Shown in pieces: positions 1-9,978 of a stretch of DNA of 64,000 nucleotides. Position 1 is the stretch's first letter. Each line of letters starts with the position of its first letter. The translations under genes were made by a program, and so were the position numbers. The notes under the pieces were generated by a model. That model had not been told where the DNA came from and did not search any database. It saw only the letters and a program-made list of their open reading frames with translations. The DNA comes from a bacterium (GTDB taxonomy: Bacteria; Electryoneota; Electryoneia; Electryoneales; Electryoneaceae), in NCBI GenBank assembly GCA_963669175.1, contig OY769902.1, positions 4,000,001 to 4,064,000 on the forward strand, written 5' to 3'.

Positions 1-675
1 GACCGCGATATCCAGGGAAATTGGGCCTTCGACAAAGACGTTGTCATCAGTAAAACGATCCGCTACTTCAGCAGCAACCATCGTAGAAGGCATACCTGGA
101 TTTTTCACTTCCACCGCAGAAAGCATCCCGACACGCGGCTTATCAATACCGGACTTGAGCAAGGTATTGACAAGATGGCGAGTGATTTTCTCCAACTGGT
201 CAACATCAGGTTCGGGACGGACAGCCATATCCGCAACCCATAAGAGCTTTTCACGGTTCGGGAAAGCAAGCGCGGCAATTCCGCATGTCCCCAGTTCGCT
301 GTTGAAGAAATTCTTTTCCGATTTCCTCAGGAACTTGAAATTGCGCAACATGGCATCCGCACCGAAACACAGTGCATCCAGCCCGCCAGCTTCCACCGAC
401 TCGATCAACGTCGTAACTCGCGATTCACGGTCTACCGCATCGGCAATGATAAAGTCACCGATGTTAAAATTGAACCGTGCAAGCGCATTTCGCAGCAGAT
501 CTTCATCACCGTAAAGCACCGGACTCACCCACCCCTGCTGAAGCGGTATCTTCAATGATCCCATTACGGGAAAATCGCCTGCGCTGAGGATGAAGCCAAC
601 CTTGTAGGGACGGCCACGGTCTTTTACCCGCTGAACGACCAGCTCGCGTATTGGATCAAACAGTTTGTTCGCCAT
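1..675 (-). CDS. Phosphate acyltransferase (PTA/PTB family), divergent paralog, 3' end outside window
   Basis: Not in the ORF track; translated by hand. ATG at 675 overlaps the upstream TGA (TGATG). Reads MANKLFDPIRELVVQ...LLWVADMAVRPEPDVDQLEKITRHLVNTLLKSGIDKPRVGMLSAVEVKNPGMPST...VFVEGPISLDIAV, matching PTB motifs. Confidence 0.8.
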   Translation of the reverse strand, partial: MANKLFDPIRELVVQRVKDRGRPYKVGFILSAGDFPVMGSLKIPLQQGWVSPVLYGDEDLLRNALARFNFNIGDFIIADAVDRESRVTTLIESVEAGGLDALCFGADAMLRNFKFLRKSEKNFFNSELGTCGIAALAFPNREKLLWVADMAVRPEPDVDQLEKITRHLVNTLLKSGIDKPRVGMLSAVEVKNPGMPSTMVAAEVADRFTDDNVFVEGPISLDIAV

Positions 676-1682
676 CAGCCAACGTCCTCCCCGTTTCCTG
701 CATCATTGTAAGGCGGCAGTGGCTCAAAACCTCTCTGCTCATAATCAGCAAGACATACTGCCAACGCGATGGAAGACATTTTGTTCAACATGGAATCGCT
801 TCTTGAGACCAGACTGATCGGCACTTTCGCCCCGGAAATAACCCCCATGAAAACAGCTCCTCCGAATTGAATCAGAGCTTTGGCGGTGATGTTCACTCCT
901 TCAATGGAATGACCGAGAAGAATATCAGCTCGTCCGGCGACCTTGTAATCCGCTTTCAGGCCCATGATGCTGGGATCAGTCACAACCAGGTCCAGCGGCA
1001 GCGGTCCTTCGGGAACCATGAAGTTGGCCCAGCGCTTCTTCAAATCCGCAACAAGATCCCTGGCCTGGACAGTTTCCGGGACGGCGTCACGAACCTGTTC
1101 AATTGGTCCCATGACCGCAAGGTGCGGTTTCACAATCCCCATGGCGCGCATGACATTGACTGCATTGGCAGCAATGGTCATTTTCTGTTCATGCGTCGGC
1201 TTGATCAGTGTCCCGCCATCGGTAAGGTTCAGCAGCTTACCGTACTTGGGAATGGAAAGGACTGCGCTATGGCTGACCAGTTCACGGTCACGCAATCCAT
1301 AGGTATGACTCAGGAGAGTTTTCAGCAGGACTGATGTCTTCAGGAAACCTTTCATCACCACATCGGCTTCCCCTGCTCCTGCAAGTTCTGCGGTTTTTAT
1401 TGCAGCTTCATATTCATCTGCAACCGCAACGATTTCAAATGCGTCACGCGGTACTTCCGCAAGGTCCAGCGCTTCATACACGCGGTCCGGATATCCGACC
1501 AGGATCGCATCGCTGATACCTTCGTTTTTACAGCCCCACATGGCAGCCAGAACATCATCCTCTTCCGCGGCAGCTACGACTACCTTGGAGAGACCACGCA
1601 CCTTGCCAATCTCGCATGCGCGCGCGATGACATCCTCATGAGAACGAAGTGGAGCCTGCAAGAATGGTAGATCACTCATCAT
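675..1682 (-). CDS. Phosphate butyryltransferase (PTA/PTB family)
   Basis: Motifs ADVVMKGFLKTS, LLNLTDGG, EGPLPLD, VAGRADIL, GAKVPISLVSRSDS. Confidence 0.85.
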   Translation of the reverse strand: MMSDLPFLQAPLRSHEDVIARACEIGKVRGLSKVVVAAAEEDDVLAAMWGCKNEGISDAILVGYPDRVYEALDLAEVPRDAFEIVAVADEYEAAIKTAELAGAGEADVVMKGFLKTSVLLKTLLSHTYGLRDRELVSHSAVLSIPKYGKLLNLTDGGTLIKPTHEQKMTIAANAVNVMRAMGIVKPHLAVMGPIEQVRDAVPETVQARDLVADLKKRWANFMVPEGPLPLDLVVTDPSIMGLKADYKVAGRADILLGHSIEGVNITAKALIQFGGAVFMGVISGAKVPISLVSRSDSMLNKMSSIALAVCLADYEQRGFEPLPPYNDAGNGEDVG

Positions 1683-1781
1683 GCAGCCCGTTGTATAACC
1701 GTTTCAATGAAAAATGTAAACCGGAAGATATTACAATGCCGGTACTGAAGAAACGGACAGGGAGCACTTTTACGCCGGAAA

Positions 1782-4700
1782 TTACCTGATAAGCAGAAGC
1801 CTTTCTACTTTATTGACATTGTACGCTTCCGACTGAATCCTGGCGAAGTAAATCCCCGACGCCAGATCACCGTGAGTATTCCATTCAAGCTGATGTTTTC
1901 CCGCGGACAGCATACCATAAGTGAGTTGCGCAACCTGACGTCCCAGGATATCAAAAACCCTGATCGAAAGATCCGCCTGCCCGGGCAATTCAATCTGCCA
2001 CGCAACAGAAGGGTTAAAAGGGTTTGGATATGCAGAACTTAGCGAGAAGACGGATGGTAAAGCCGTATCATCTGTCCCAACAGAATGAACATACATGGTC
2101 ACCGGAACAGTCGTGGTATCTTCAAGTCCCGGCCTGATAATATCCAGGAAAGAATAATAATAGCCTCGTGAAAGCCCGGTCGCGTCAAAGGAAAGCGCCA
2201 GTGTGTCTGCCTGTGATGCGTCCAGGGTTCCGTATTTGGGAAAGACATCGGCATACGCTACAGCGTTTCCAAGCTTGTAAAGCTTCAACTGGCCAATTGT
2301 CTGCCCCGCATCAATGAGAACCACGGGGAACACCCAGGTGTTCTCCATTCCTTCTATTCCCGTGCCGCAATCAGCTCCGACAATCACAACCCCATTGTCA
2401 GTAGATGCATAATCCTCTATGATTTCCGAATCACCGGTTTCAGGATTCACACGGTATATGCGTGGCACCCCGCCGGTCGCGGTAGTCGCGTACAACGGCA
2501 TGCCTTCCGGATCAAACGGATACCACCCGACAGCCTGAATATTGCGATCAATGCTTATTTCATTTTGAATCACACCATCCCGGTCAACCGCGACCATATC
2601 CGATGCCCCGTTTGAGCACCAGAACCAGTCATGATCGGGATCATAGGTTATTCCCCGGTTGACGTCAAACGGGGCCGGTATTGAATCCAGAATTTCGCCG
2701 GACGTATCGAAACCGATAATCCAGTCGTATTCTGTCCCGTAAAGCAATTCACCATCTGAAGCCAGGTCGTAAAAACCGTAGAAGGAGGTGGTCGGCTGGT
2801 CCACCTCGGCCACCATGTCACCGGCAGCATTGAAGAAATAGATTTTATTGGGATTCACATTACCATTTCCGCCTGCCACTGCGATCAGGCCATCCAGAAT
2901 AGCAGTTCCGGTCAATCGTGTGTCGCCGGATGCTTCCATGATATCAAAATCACCATCCAGCGTCCAGGGAATCACCTGCTCAGCATCCTGAACCCGCCAT
3001 TGCAGTGACCACATGGTTTCACCAATACCTTCGTTCGACAAAACCAGCAGCGTATCCAGTATATCATCTTCATTGATATCAAAGGAAAGCGCTTCCGGTA
3101 CAGGCACAATGCGTGGACGAGTCAGGTAAGCGAAAACCTCGGTAGTATCCCCATCAGTCACTGTAATCGTATCTGTAAAATCATTATAACCAGTTTTACT
3201 AATCGTAATCACCCAATCACCTATGGGTTGATTCTGAATAATAAAATATCCCTGTTCATCGGATTGAACTGCTCCGCCCTCTTCAATGGAAATCGTTGCC
3301 CCTTCAAGGGCTTCTTCCGAGAAGTCGTCCCAGACATTGCCGGCAACAACACCGGTAATGGGTGGAGTATCGATGAAGCCCTTGTTGTAGCAAGCTATGG
3401 CAATGGCCGTAAAATTCGCACCGCCATTCAACTGTTGATCTGCGGTTAACAAGGTTTGCGCCGCATCTTCAACCGTTGTACCATAAGCCCAGTAAAAATG
3501 CGCCTGGATCACAACAGCATCGGCAATATCAGCGCCGATATCGTCACGAATACTCCAGAGACAGCTCGACCAGATCTGGCCGTCATGATGAATATTTGCC
3601 CCACCCAGCCAATCATCGGGATAAACCCCGGCATAATCCAGCACACGACCGTCCCAGTATGGATTATGTCCATCCCAATTGGCAAACCAGGTATCATGAT
3701 AGTCGCTTTGCCTTGCACTGAATGTACCAGCCCAATAATCGCTGAAACCTTCACCCAAGGCCCCGGAATGACCTCCACCAAGGTTCGGAATCTGGTCATG
3801 CTGAATCGCATGGCCGTATTCATGGTAGATGATATCTGCGTCTTCCGCATCATCGACCCCGCCTTCACCCCAGGCGAGACGGTTTGTCGCAGGGATGTAA
3901 TGGGAGTTGTCCGCTCCATCCAATCCATGCGGATCACACTGTATGGGACCATTCTGCACATTATCAAAACCCAGTTCCTGTAAATGTCGCTGTGCATGAT
4001 CTATATGATAGTACACCATGACATCTTCGAACCCCGACTCTGATCGAGTGAAATTAAAAGCATCCGGATCTGCGGCGGTCACAGGGGTTGTATATGGCGA
4101 CTCAAAATCAGCCAGTTCTACATACGGACCTGCGAGTTCATATTCATCGCCGGATTGAGTCAAATCCAGCAAATCTACCTGGAAACGCTCATCATTCAGC
4201 TCGTCGCAGTCCGCATCGTTATTATCCGAATACGAACCACCGTAAGTCGTCTCTGCTGTGGTCAAAGGATCCGGGTTGAAGACATGACCGCTGCCATCGA
4301 CATAACACATGCGGTCAATTACTTCAAGTAGCTCACCGTTGTGCGCATCCCATAACACTTCCCAATCCCCCATCGGGTTCATGGATGCGAAGGATACATG
4401 CCAGGCCAGGTGATCATCGCCATCTTGATCACGATAAGCGACCAGCTCCGTTTCCGGATCGCTGAGATCCGGTTGCGCCCCACGAAGCGCCTGCTTTGTC
4501 TTCTCGTGGGCTTCTTCTGCAGAAAAAGACGGCACAAGGGAGGTCAACGTAATCCCCGGGTAGGGATTGATGATCGCCATCAGGATTTTATCGCTGGCCA
4601 TAGATACGTTCAGGAACGCACGATAGACAGGAATGCCTTCATAGACCTGCTGCATGTGTACATGTGTGCCGCCCGAGCTTTCCTTGACGGTCACCAGTTG

Positions 4701-5030
4701 AAAATCCTCAAATCCATCCAGGTTACCGATTTCCTGCTTGTGCGCCCGGAGAAATTCCCGAGCAATGAATTCTGATGATTTACCGCTATAGCGTTCATTC
4801 ACGTTATACCATGCGAGAGTTACCCCGGATTCAGCGTCTACACGCTTGTTTTCCAGCATCTTGTACGGTCGCTCGTAGCGAGGCGAGACCAAGTCAGTAT
4901 CTGAATCAGCAGGTTTCGCTGCGAAGCATAGAGTCGACGCGAACGTAATACCAATGAGAAAAATGGCCACAAAAGTGGCGGCATACCGTCTTTCCAGCAT
5001 GAATCCTTTTACCTCCGGCTCGAAGTACAT
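1782..5030 (-). CDS. Secreted M36/M4-type zinc metalloprotease with FTP/PepSY propeptide, carboxypeptidase-regulatory-like domain, probable beta-propeller and T9SS-like CTD
   Basis: Signal peptide, HEYGH zinc motif, GALGEGFSDY, DPHG..G.DNS, C-terminal AYPNPFNP...GIYF..I. Confidence 0.85.
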   Translation of the reverse strand: MYFEPEVKGFMLERRYAATFVAIFLIGITFASTLCFAAKPADSDTDLVSPRYERPYKMLENKRVDAESGVTLAWYNVNERYSGKSSEFIAREFLRAHKQEIGNLDGFEDFQLVTVKESSGGTHVHMQQVYEGIPVYRAFLNVSMASDKILMAIINPYPGITLTSLVPSFSAEEAHEKTKQALRGAQPDLSDPETELVAYRDQDGDDHLAWHVSFASMNPMGDWEVLWDAHNGELLEVIDRMCYVDGSGHVFNPDPLTTAETTYGGSYSDNNDADCDELNDERFQVDLLDLTQSGDEYELAGPYVELADFESPYTTPVTAADPDAFNFTRSESGFEDVMVYYHIDHAQRHLQELGFDNVQNGPIQCDPHGLDGADNSHYIPATNRLAWGEGGVDDAEDADIIYHEYGHAIQHDQIPNLGGGHSGALGEGFSDYWAGTFSARQSDYHDTWFANWDGHNPYWDGRVLDYAGVYPDDWLGGANIHHDGQIWSSCLWSIRDDIGADIADAVVIQAHFYWAYGTTVEDAAQTLLTADQQLNGGANFTAIAIACYNKGFIDTPPITGVVAGNVWDDFSEEALEGATISIEEGGAVQSDEQGYFIIQNQPIGDWVITISKTGYNDFTDTITVTDGDTTEVFAYLTRPRIVPVPEALSFDINEDDILDTLLVLSNEGIGETMWSLQWRVQDAEQVIPWTLDGDFDIMEASGDTRLTGTAILDGLIAVAGGNGNVNPNKIYFFNAAGDMVAEVDQPTTSFYGFYDLASDGELLYGTEYDWIIGFDTSGEILDSIPAPFDVNRGITYDPDHDWFWCSNGASDMVAVDRDGVIQNEISIDRNIQAVGWYPFDPEGMPLYATTATGGVPRIYRVNPETGDSEIIEDYASTDNGVVIVGADCGTGIEGMENTWVFPVVLIDAGQTIGQLKLYKLGNAVAYADVFPKYGTLDASQADTLALSFDATGLSRGYYYSFLDIIRPGLEDTTTVPVTMYVHSVGTDDTALPSVFSLSSAYPNPFNPSVAWQIELPGQADLSIRVFDILGRQVAQLTYGMLSAGKHQLEWNTHGDLASGIYFARIQSEAYNVNKVERLLLIR

Positions 5031-5482
5031 CTTGCATTGATAAAGTAGATACGCATGATCATGCAGGCAAGTTGCATTGTTGCTTCATACTCGCCGACAA
5101 GATTCAGAAGAAAAGCAACCACCTTTTGTATGTGCAAGATTCATGCACTTGGTTAGATGCACTGGTATGCCAAGCGTTGCATACTTCATACTGGTTAGCC
5201 CCTTCACCTGCTTGTGCATGTCATTCACAGGTCCGCGTAAACCATACCCTTCACTTTTGCTGTCTTCATATCTTGAAAAAGGAACTGCCTCCTCGGAAAA
5301 GTATTGAATTTTTTTTACCTACCAGTTTTTTTTCATCTGCCTTTTCCTCCTGAGAAGAATGTGGCATGTGGGTTGCCTTATACGGTACAGAACGTCAACA
5401 CCTCAAGTTCACAGATGGTTGACAATAGATAATGTGACAAGGACTTGGGAAACGGACGGAACTAACGGTGAGGAGGCCCCAG

Positions 5483-5698
5483 ATGAGTTACCTGCCAATC
5501 CACAAGCAACGGCGCGGAAAAAGAACTGTTTCGGGTCGTGGGTCCAACACCGGCCACTGCGCCTGCTGCGGAAAGAAAGCCAATTGGCGATCTGTGTATA
5601 ACCGCTGCTGGCGGTGTGAAATGGACGAACTTCGCACCCGGCGCCCCATTCATCTGGATCATGACCTGCTGGTTTCATTAACCGGTGTGCGTGACTAG
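5483..5698 (+). CDS. Small basic Cys-rich protein (71 aa), possible zinc ribbon
   Basis: AGGAGG at 5471-5476 before ATG 5483; CACC-x12-CWRC; followed by an intrinsic terminator. Confidence 0.6.
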   Translation: MSYLPIHKQRRGKRTVSGRGSNTGHCACCGKKANWRSVYNRCWRCEMDELRTRRPIHLDHDLLVSLTGVRD

Positions 5699-5722
5699 AT
5701 GCAAAGATGTTTCAGTTTTGCA

Positions 5723-5753
5723 GCCGTGTCCCTTTGGGATGCGGTTTTTCTTT
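5723..5753 (+). terminator. Rho-independent terminator
   Basis: GCCGTGTCCC-TTT-GGGATGCGGT stem followed by a T-rich tract. Confidence 0.65.
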
Positions 5754-5818
5754 GTCCAATTTTGTATCTTTGATCTCGAAAAGAACTTCCACGCTTATCC
5801 ATTCACCTGGAAAAAAGA

Positions 5819-6640
5819 ATGCTTTCTTACCTGTCAGCTCAAAGAAGTCAGCATTTGTTCTTCCCCCTTTTCTGCTTAGCCTTGATTGCAGTCTTGAGTG
5901 CCGGATGTATTGATGATGACGAAGAGAATGATTCTCCGGTAAAGGAACTCTATCAATGGGCCGAGTTTACCCTGGATGAATCGCGTGGCGGATTATATGG
6001 GCGAACGGAACGACCTTTGCTTGCCTGGCAGGAGATAACCTTCTGGTTCCCCAATGGTTGGGATGCGGGGAATAACAATGTCTCCCTCACCCTGCTTTGT
6101 CTTCATGAGAATGATTCAGAGATCATAGGCACACCATGCACAGGTACACTCACTTATGACCCGATGCAGGATGTATATACCGGTTATTTTGTGCCAGCCT
6201 ATACCGGTGACTGGTATTTTGAACTAACTCTGCACAGCCCGAACGCATATGAGATGTCACAGGACCAGGTGCGAGTCGTTCAACCAGATACCCACCCACG
6301 TGTGAAAGCTCTCAATACATCACGATTTCAGCAGGTGTTGTCCGTTTTCGAACCTGCCAACGCACAAGCAGGAATTCAGGATTTTTCTGTGGGAATCTGG
6401 TCGCCACAGGGCGGCATGCTGACCTTTCAACAGGATACAACTTTTCAACTTGATCTCAGGGTGTTCAAACTGCTGACAGGACAGGAATCTTCATCCAATA
6501 TTGCACCGGTTCATGTTGGCGATGGCGTGTACGAGGGAGAAGTCAATTTCCCGTCTTCAGGCACCTGGGGGGTCACACTCATGAACCAGTTTGAATCATT
6601 TTCCGACACACTCACAACATTCTACTTCACCGTCAACTAG
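5819..6640 (+). CDS. Lipoprotein with YtkA/FixH-like Ig domain(s)
   Basis: Lipobox LSAG|C then IDDDEE; C-terminal APVHVGDGVYEGEVNFPSSGTW is YtkA-like; start uncertain. Confidence 0.6.
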   Translation: MLSYLSAQRSQHLFFPLFCLALIAVLSAGCIDDDEENDSPVKELYQWAEFTLDESRGGLYGRTERPLLAWQEITFWFPNGWDAGNNNVSLTLLCLHENDSEIIGTPCTGTLTYDPMQDVYTGYFVPAYTGDWYFELTLHSPNAYEMSQDQVRVVQPDTHPRVKALNTSRFQQVLSVFEPANAQAGIQDFSVGIWSPQGGMLTFQQDTTFQLDLRVFKLLTGQESSSNIAPVHVGDGVYEGEVNFPSSGTWGVTLMNQFESFSDTLTTFYFTVN

Positions 6641-7523
6641 CAACTTGGACTGGCTCACCGGAGATAAACATCTCCGCCATTTCCAGGTGCATGGAAGCGA
6701 AATCCTCAAACCGTTCCCGTGCTGCTTCATCCATGTTCAGAAGCGTGAACAGCGCCGGATCAACTTCTGTCCGGGATACCTGGATGCCATTGTGAATACC
6801 GACTGAATTGCAATACATGTTTGCGACAGTGACAACTTGCGACAGGAAAGGCAGTTCTTCAATATCTTCCAGGTCGTTGTGATGATCTTCAACCGCCAGC
6901 GCAACCGCTTCATCTACCGGCCACCATTGCCTGATGTACAGACCACCCACTTTAGCATGATTGATCCCATAGGACTCTTCTTCATGAGTAGCCAGCAGCA
7001 GGTGGTCGCGATCCTCGATATCACCCGCTACCCGGTGCAGCAATTCCCTGTATCCTTCCGGGATAAGATGAGCGAACACCATGATCCCGATATCATGCAT
7101 CAATCCTGCCATGTACGCCAGGTTTTCCACAAACTTCCCCGTCCGGCAAACACGGCAGATCGCCTGTGCAACATAGGCTGTGCCCATACAATGCTTCCAG
7201 AACGCTCGCTGGTCGACAAATCCTATCGATTCGAAAAGACGCAACACGGAAAGCGAATACACAATGTTTCGCGCTTCAAGAAGCCCGATACGTATAATCG
7301 CTTCCCTGAGGTCTGTTATCCGGCGAGTTGCACCAAATAACACGCTGTTTGACACTTGCAGCACTTTCCCGGCCATCACCGGGTCAGTGTGCATCATGCC
7401 GGCGAGTTCACGGATCTTTACTTCCGGATCGGCGACAAGATTCTGGACACGAAGCACTGTCTCCGGAATAGCCGGCAACTCCGCTTCGCTTTGAATCAAA
7501 GACTGTATGCTTTTAAGATTCAT
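6633..7523 (-). CDS. Stand-alone HDOD-domain signalling protein
   Basis: LPAIP, DPVMAGKVLQVSNS, FWKHC, AGLMHDIG, HAKVG, DHH; GGAGG before ATG 7523. Confidence 0.85.
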   Translation of the reverse strand: MNLKSIQSLIQSEAELPAIPETVLRVQNLVADPEVKIRELAGMMHTDPVMAGKVLQVSNSVLFGATRRITDLREAIIRIGLLEARNIVYSLSVLRLFESIGFVDQRAFWKHCMGTAYVAQAICRVCRTGKFVENLAYMAGLMHDIGIMVFAHLIPEGYRELLHRVAGDIEDRDHLLLATHEEESYGINHAKVGGLYIRQWWPVDEAVALAVEDHHNDLEDIEELPFLSQVVTVANMYCNSVGIHNGIQVSRTEVDPALFTLLNMDEAARERFEDFASMHLEMAEMFISGEPVQVAS

Positions 7524-7800
7524 GGCAGGCCTCCGCCGCATACCACACTGTTCAGCGGAAACCTACTGAAAATAAAGGATAAAAAAACAAACGTGCTCTC
7601 ACGCACAGGAGAAATGTGAGGAATAACACAGGCATGAAGACTATAATTCACCCTTACCTGTTGTTATTATTGAGCTTTTTCAATCCCAAGTCCAAAGCTA
7701 AAATCATACTCATTTTCCACGAACGCTGAACTGCGAAGTGTACTGCCACACAATTCTGCAACCGAGTTATTATTCCGGCACCAAGCTTAACAGTTTATTA

Positions 7801-8667
7801 TCAAGCACTTGCTATAAACATATCAGCCAATTCCAAGTGAATACCGGCCATATCCTCAAACTTCGCAAAGGTCTCTTCGTTCATTTGGAGAATTTCGAAA
7901 TAACGGGGATTGAAATCTTCATCGTGGACCTGTACTCCACTGAACACACCATGTGAGTTGCAATAGTGATTCGCAGCCACAACCGCCTGAGTAATGAACG
8001 GCGCACGTTCAATATCATCGATCTCGTCATGATGATGTTCAATAGCGTCAATGACCGTCTCCTCCACCGGCCACCAGTGTTTCACATACAACGCGCCTGC
8101 TCTGGGATGGTCAATGCGAAACGCATCCTCTTCCGCATTTACCAGCAGCATGTGTGACAGGTTGCTGATATCGCCGGAAACACGCCCGAGCAGAGTGGAA
8201 TAACTATCAGGCACCAGGTAGCCGAATACCATGATGCCCACATCGTGCATCAGGCCTGCGATATAACCCATATCCTCAGCATCTTTACCGGCTCGTAACA
8301 CACGGCAGATCGACTGGGTAAGGAAACCGACAGACAAACAGTGTTTCCAGTATTTCTTCTGATCAATGCCTTTCACATCTGAGAAAAGTTCCAGCACACT
8401 AACCGAGTACGCGATATTGCGCGACTGTTGCAGCCCGATTCGCACGATTGCCTGCTTTACATCCGAGATTGTTGCCCGTCCCCCAAACAGGGCGCTGTTG
8501 GCAACTTGTACCACACGTCCGGCAATGGCAGGATCAGACTGCATGAGCTTGGCCAGGGAACCGAAATTTACGTCTGGGTCAGCCAGCAGCTTTTGAATGC
8601 GTAATACGATGTCCGGAATGGCGGGCAGGTCACCCTTCGATTTGATAATCTCGACGAGATCGCGCAT
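7801..8667 (-). CDS. Stand-alone HDOD-domain signalling protein (paralog of the neighbour)
   Basis: LPAIP, DPAIAGRVVQVANS, YWKHC, AGLMHDVG, HHH; GGAGG RBS. Confidence 0.85.
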   Translation of the reverse strand: MRDLVEIIKSKGDLPAIPDIVLRIQKLLADPDVNFGSLAKLMQSDPAIAGRVVQVANSALFGGRATISDVKQAIVRIGLQQSRNIAYSVSVLELFSDVKGIDQKKYWKHCLSVGFLTQSICRVLRAGKDAEDMGYIAGLMHDVGIMVFGYLVPDSYSTLLGRVSGDISNLSHMLLVNAEEDAFRIDHPRAGALYVKHWWPVEETVIDAIEHHHDEIDDIERAPFITQAVVAANHYCNSHGVFSGVQVHDEDFNPRYFEILQMNEETFAKFEDMAGIHLELADMFIASA

Positions 8668-8815
8668 CTATTCCTCCCAAATACCTACGCTGCGTTAAAG
8701 GATTCCCCAATATAAACGGCCACACTGCACAAAACCAGTACGCGGCGTATCAGAATGTATCAATTCTTAACGGATTGCGTGGTGCGAGTGGTCCATTGCA
8801 CCTGCTATGGTCCAC

Positions 8816-9978
8816 TAGTGCCATTTTAGATCAAGTTAACTCGTTTATCGCGATGGTCTGACTGACCTTTCAGCTTGTGTTTGTTTCGGTATCGCAGATA
8901 AGCCTGGATAGCTTGGCCCTGTTCTTGATGGTCCATGAAGGTTCGTCCTCGTAGCGCGAATTTTTTCAATGCGGCGAAGTGAGCTTCGATGCGGTTCAGC
9001 CATGATGCATAGGTCGGCGTGAAGACCAGCGTGACCCGGTTTCGTTTGGCCCATTGTCTGATTTCTGCTTTTTTATGCGAGCCACGGTTGTCGAGGATGA
9101 TGTAGAGCCGGACAGTGGACGGATAACGTTTCCGAATGTTTTTGAAGAACGCCAACACCTCTGGCCACCGCTGGTTTGGACGTTGCCAGCCCCACAATTG
9201 ATCACTGTGGATGTCATACGCTGCCAGCAGATAGCGCGTGCCATGGGTACGCGTATAGGTAGCCGGCAGACGGACGGGTTGCTTGTGAGGATGCCAGCTC
9301 GCACCCGCGTGGGGCCGGATCTCCAGCGGCCCGAACTCGTCAAAGCAGATCACGCGCCGGTTTGCCTTCGGCGGCGCGTCATAGAGACGTCGGATGCGTT
9401 TTTTTTTCTGTCAAACTCGGGGTCCGGAGACTGTTTCCATGTCTTACTCTGCTGATAGCTGATCTTATTCTTGTGCAGCAACCAGCGCAGGTGCGGCAGG
9501 CTGATCGATTCGATGATGCCTTCTGCGACCAGATAATCGCGAAGCTTCTCCAGGGACCATTGGCCGAAGGGTAAGCCGAGATGGTCTGGCGGCGTAACAA
9601 CAACGTCAACGATCTGCTTCTGGACAGCAGCATCGAACTTGAGCGGCTTCTGGCCTTTGTACTGACTGCCAACACAGGAAAGACCCTGTTCATTGAAAGC
9701 ATGAACGATCTTGCGGATGTAACTGGCATGCCCCATCCGTTGCTGCTGAAGCTGCACAGGGGACAGGCCGGTATCTGTCGCCAACAAAATCATCGCACGG
9801 CGACGGGCTACGGGATCAGGACTACGATCACGAATCCGTTGAAGGGAATGACCTTCATCGACTGTCAAAGAACGAAGCTTCACTGGGGTAGACATCAGAA
9901 CCTCCTTGTTAACCTACCCCTTATACGCACTACTTTCAAAAACGACTCAACACTCAGACTTGATCTAAACTGGCACTA
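8816..9978 (-). mobile_element. Complete IS630-family insertion sequence
   Basis: 19-bp terminal inverted repeats GTGCCATTTTAGATCAAGT (8818-8836) and ACTTGATCTAAACTGGCAC (9958-9976) with one mismatch; TA on both sides (8816-17, 9977-78). Confidence 0.95.
8826..9895 (-). CDS. IS630 transposase in two ORFs joined by a -1 frameshift
   Basis: ORF A (9895-9350) has the HTH with W-S-L-x-x-L; ORF B has the DDE motifs CFDEFGP, ILDNRGSH, PTYASWLNRIE; A9 run at 9399-9407 on the minus strand. Confidence 0.9.

Noticed and set aside
5040-5230. TGCA-rich segment with short palindromes upstream of the M36 gene
   Set aside because: No consistent period or long stem; cannot be told from chance.
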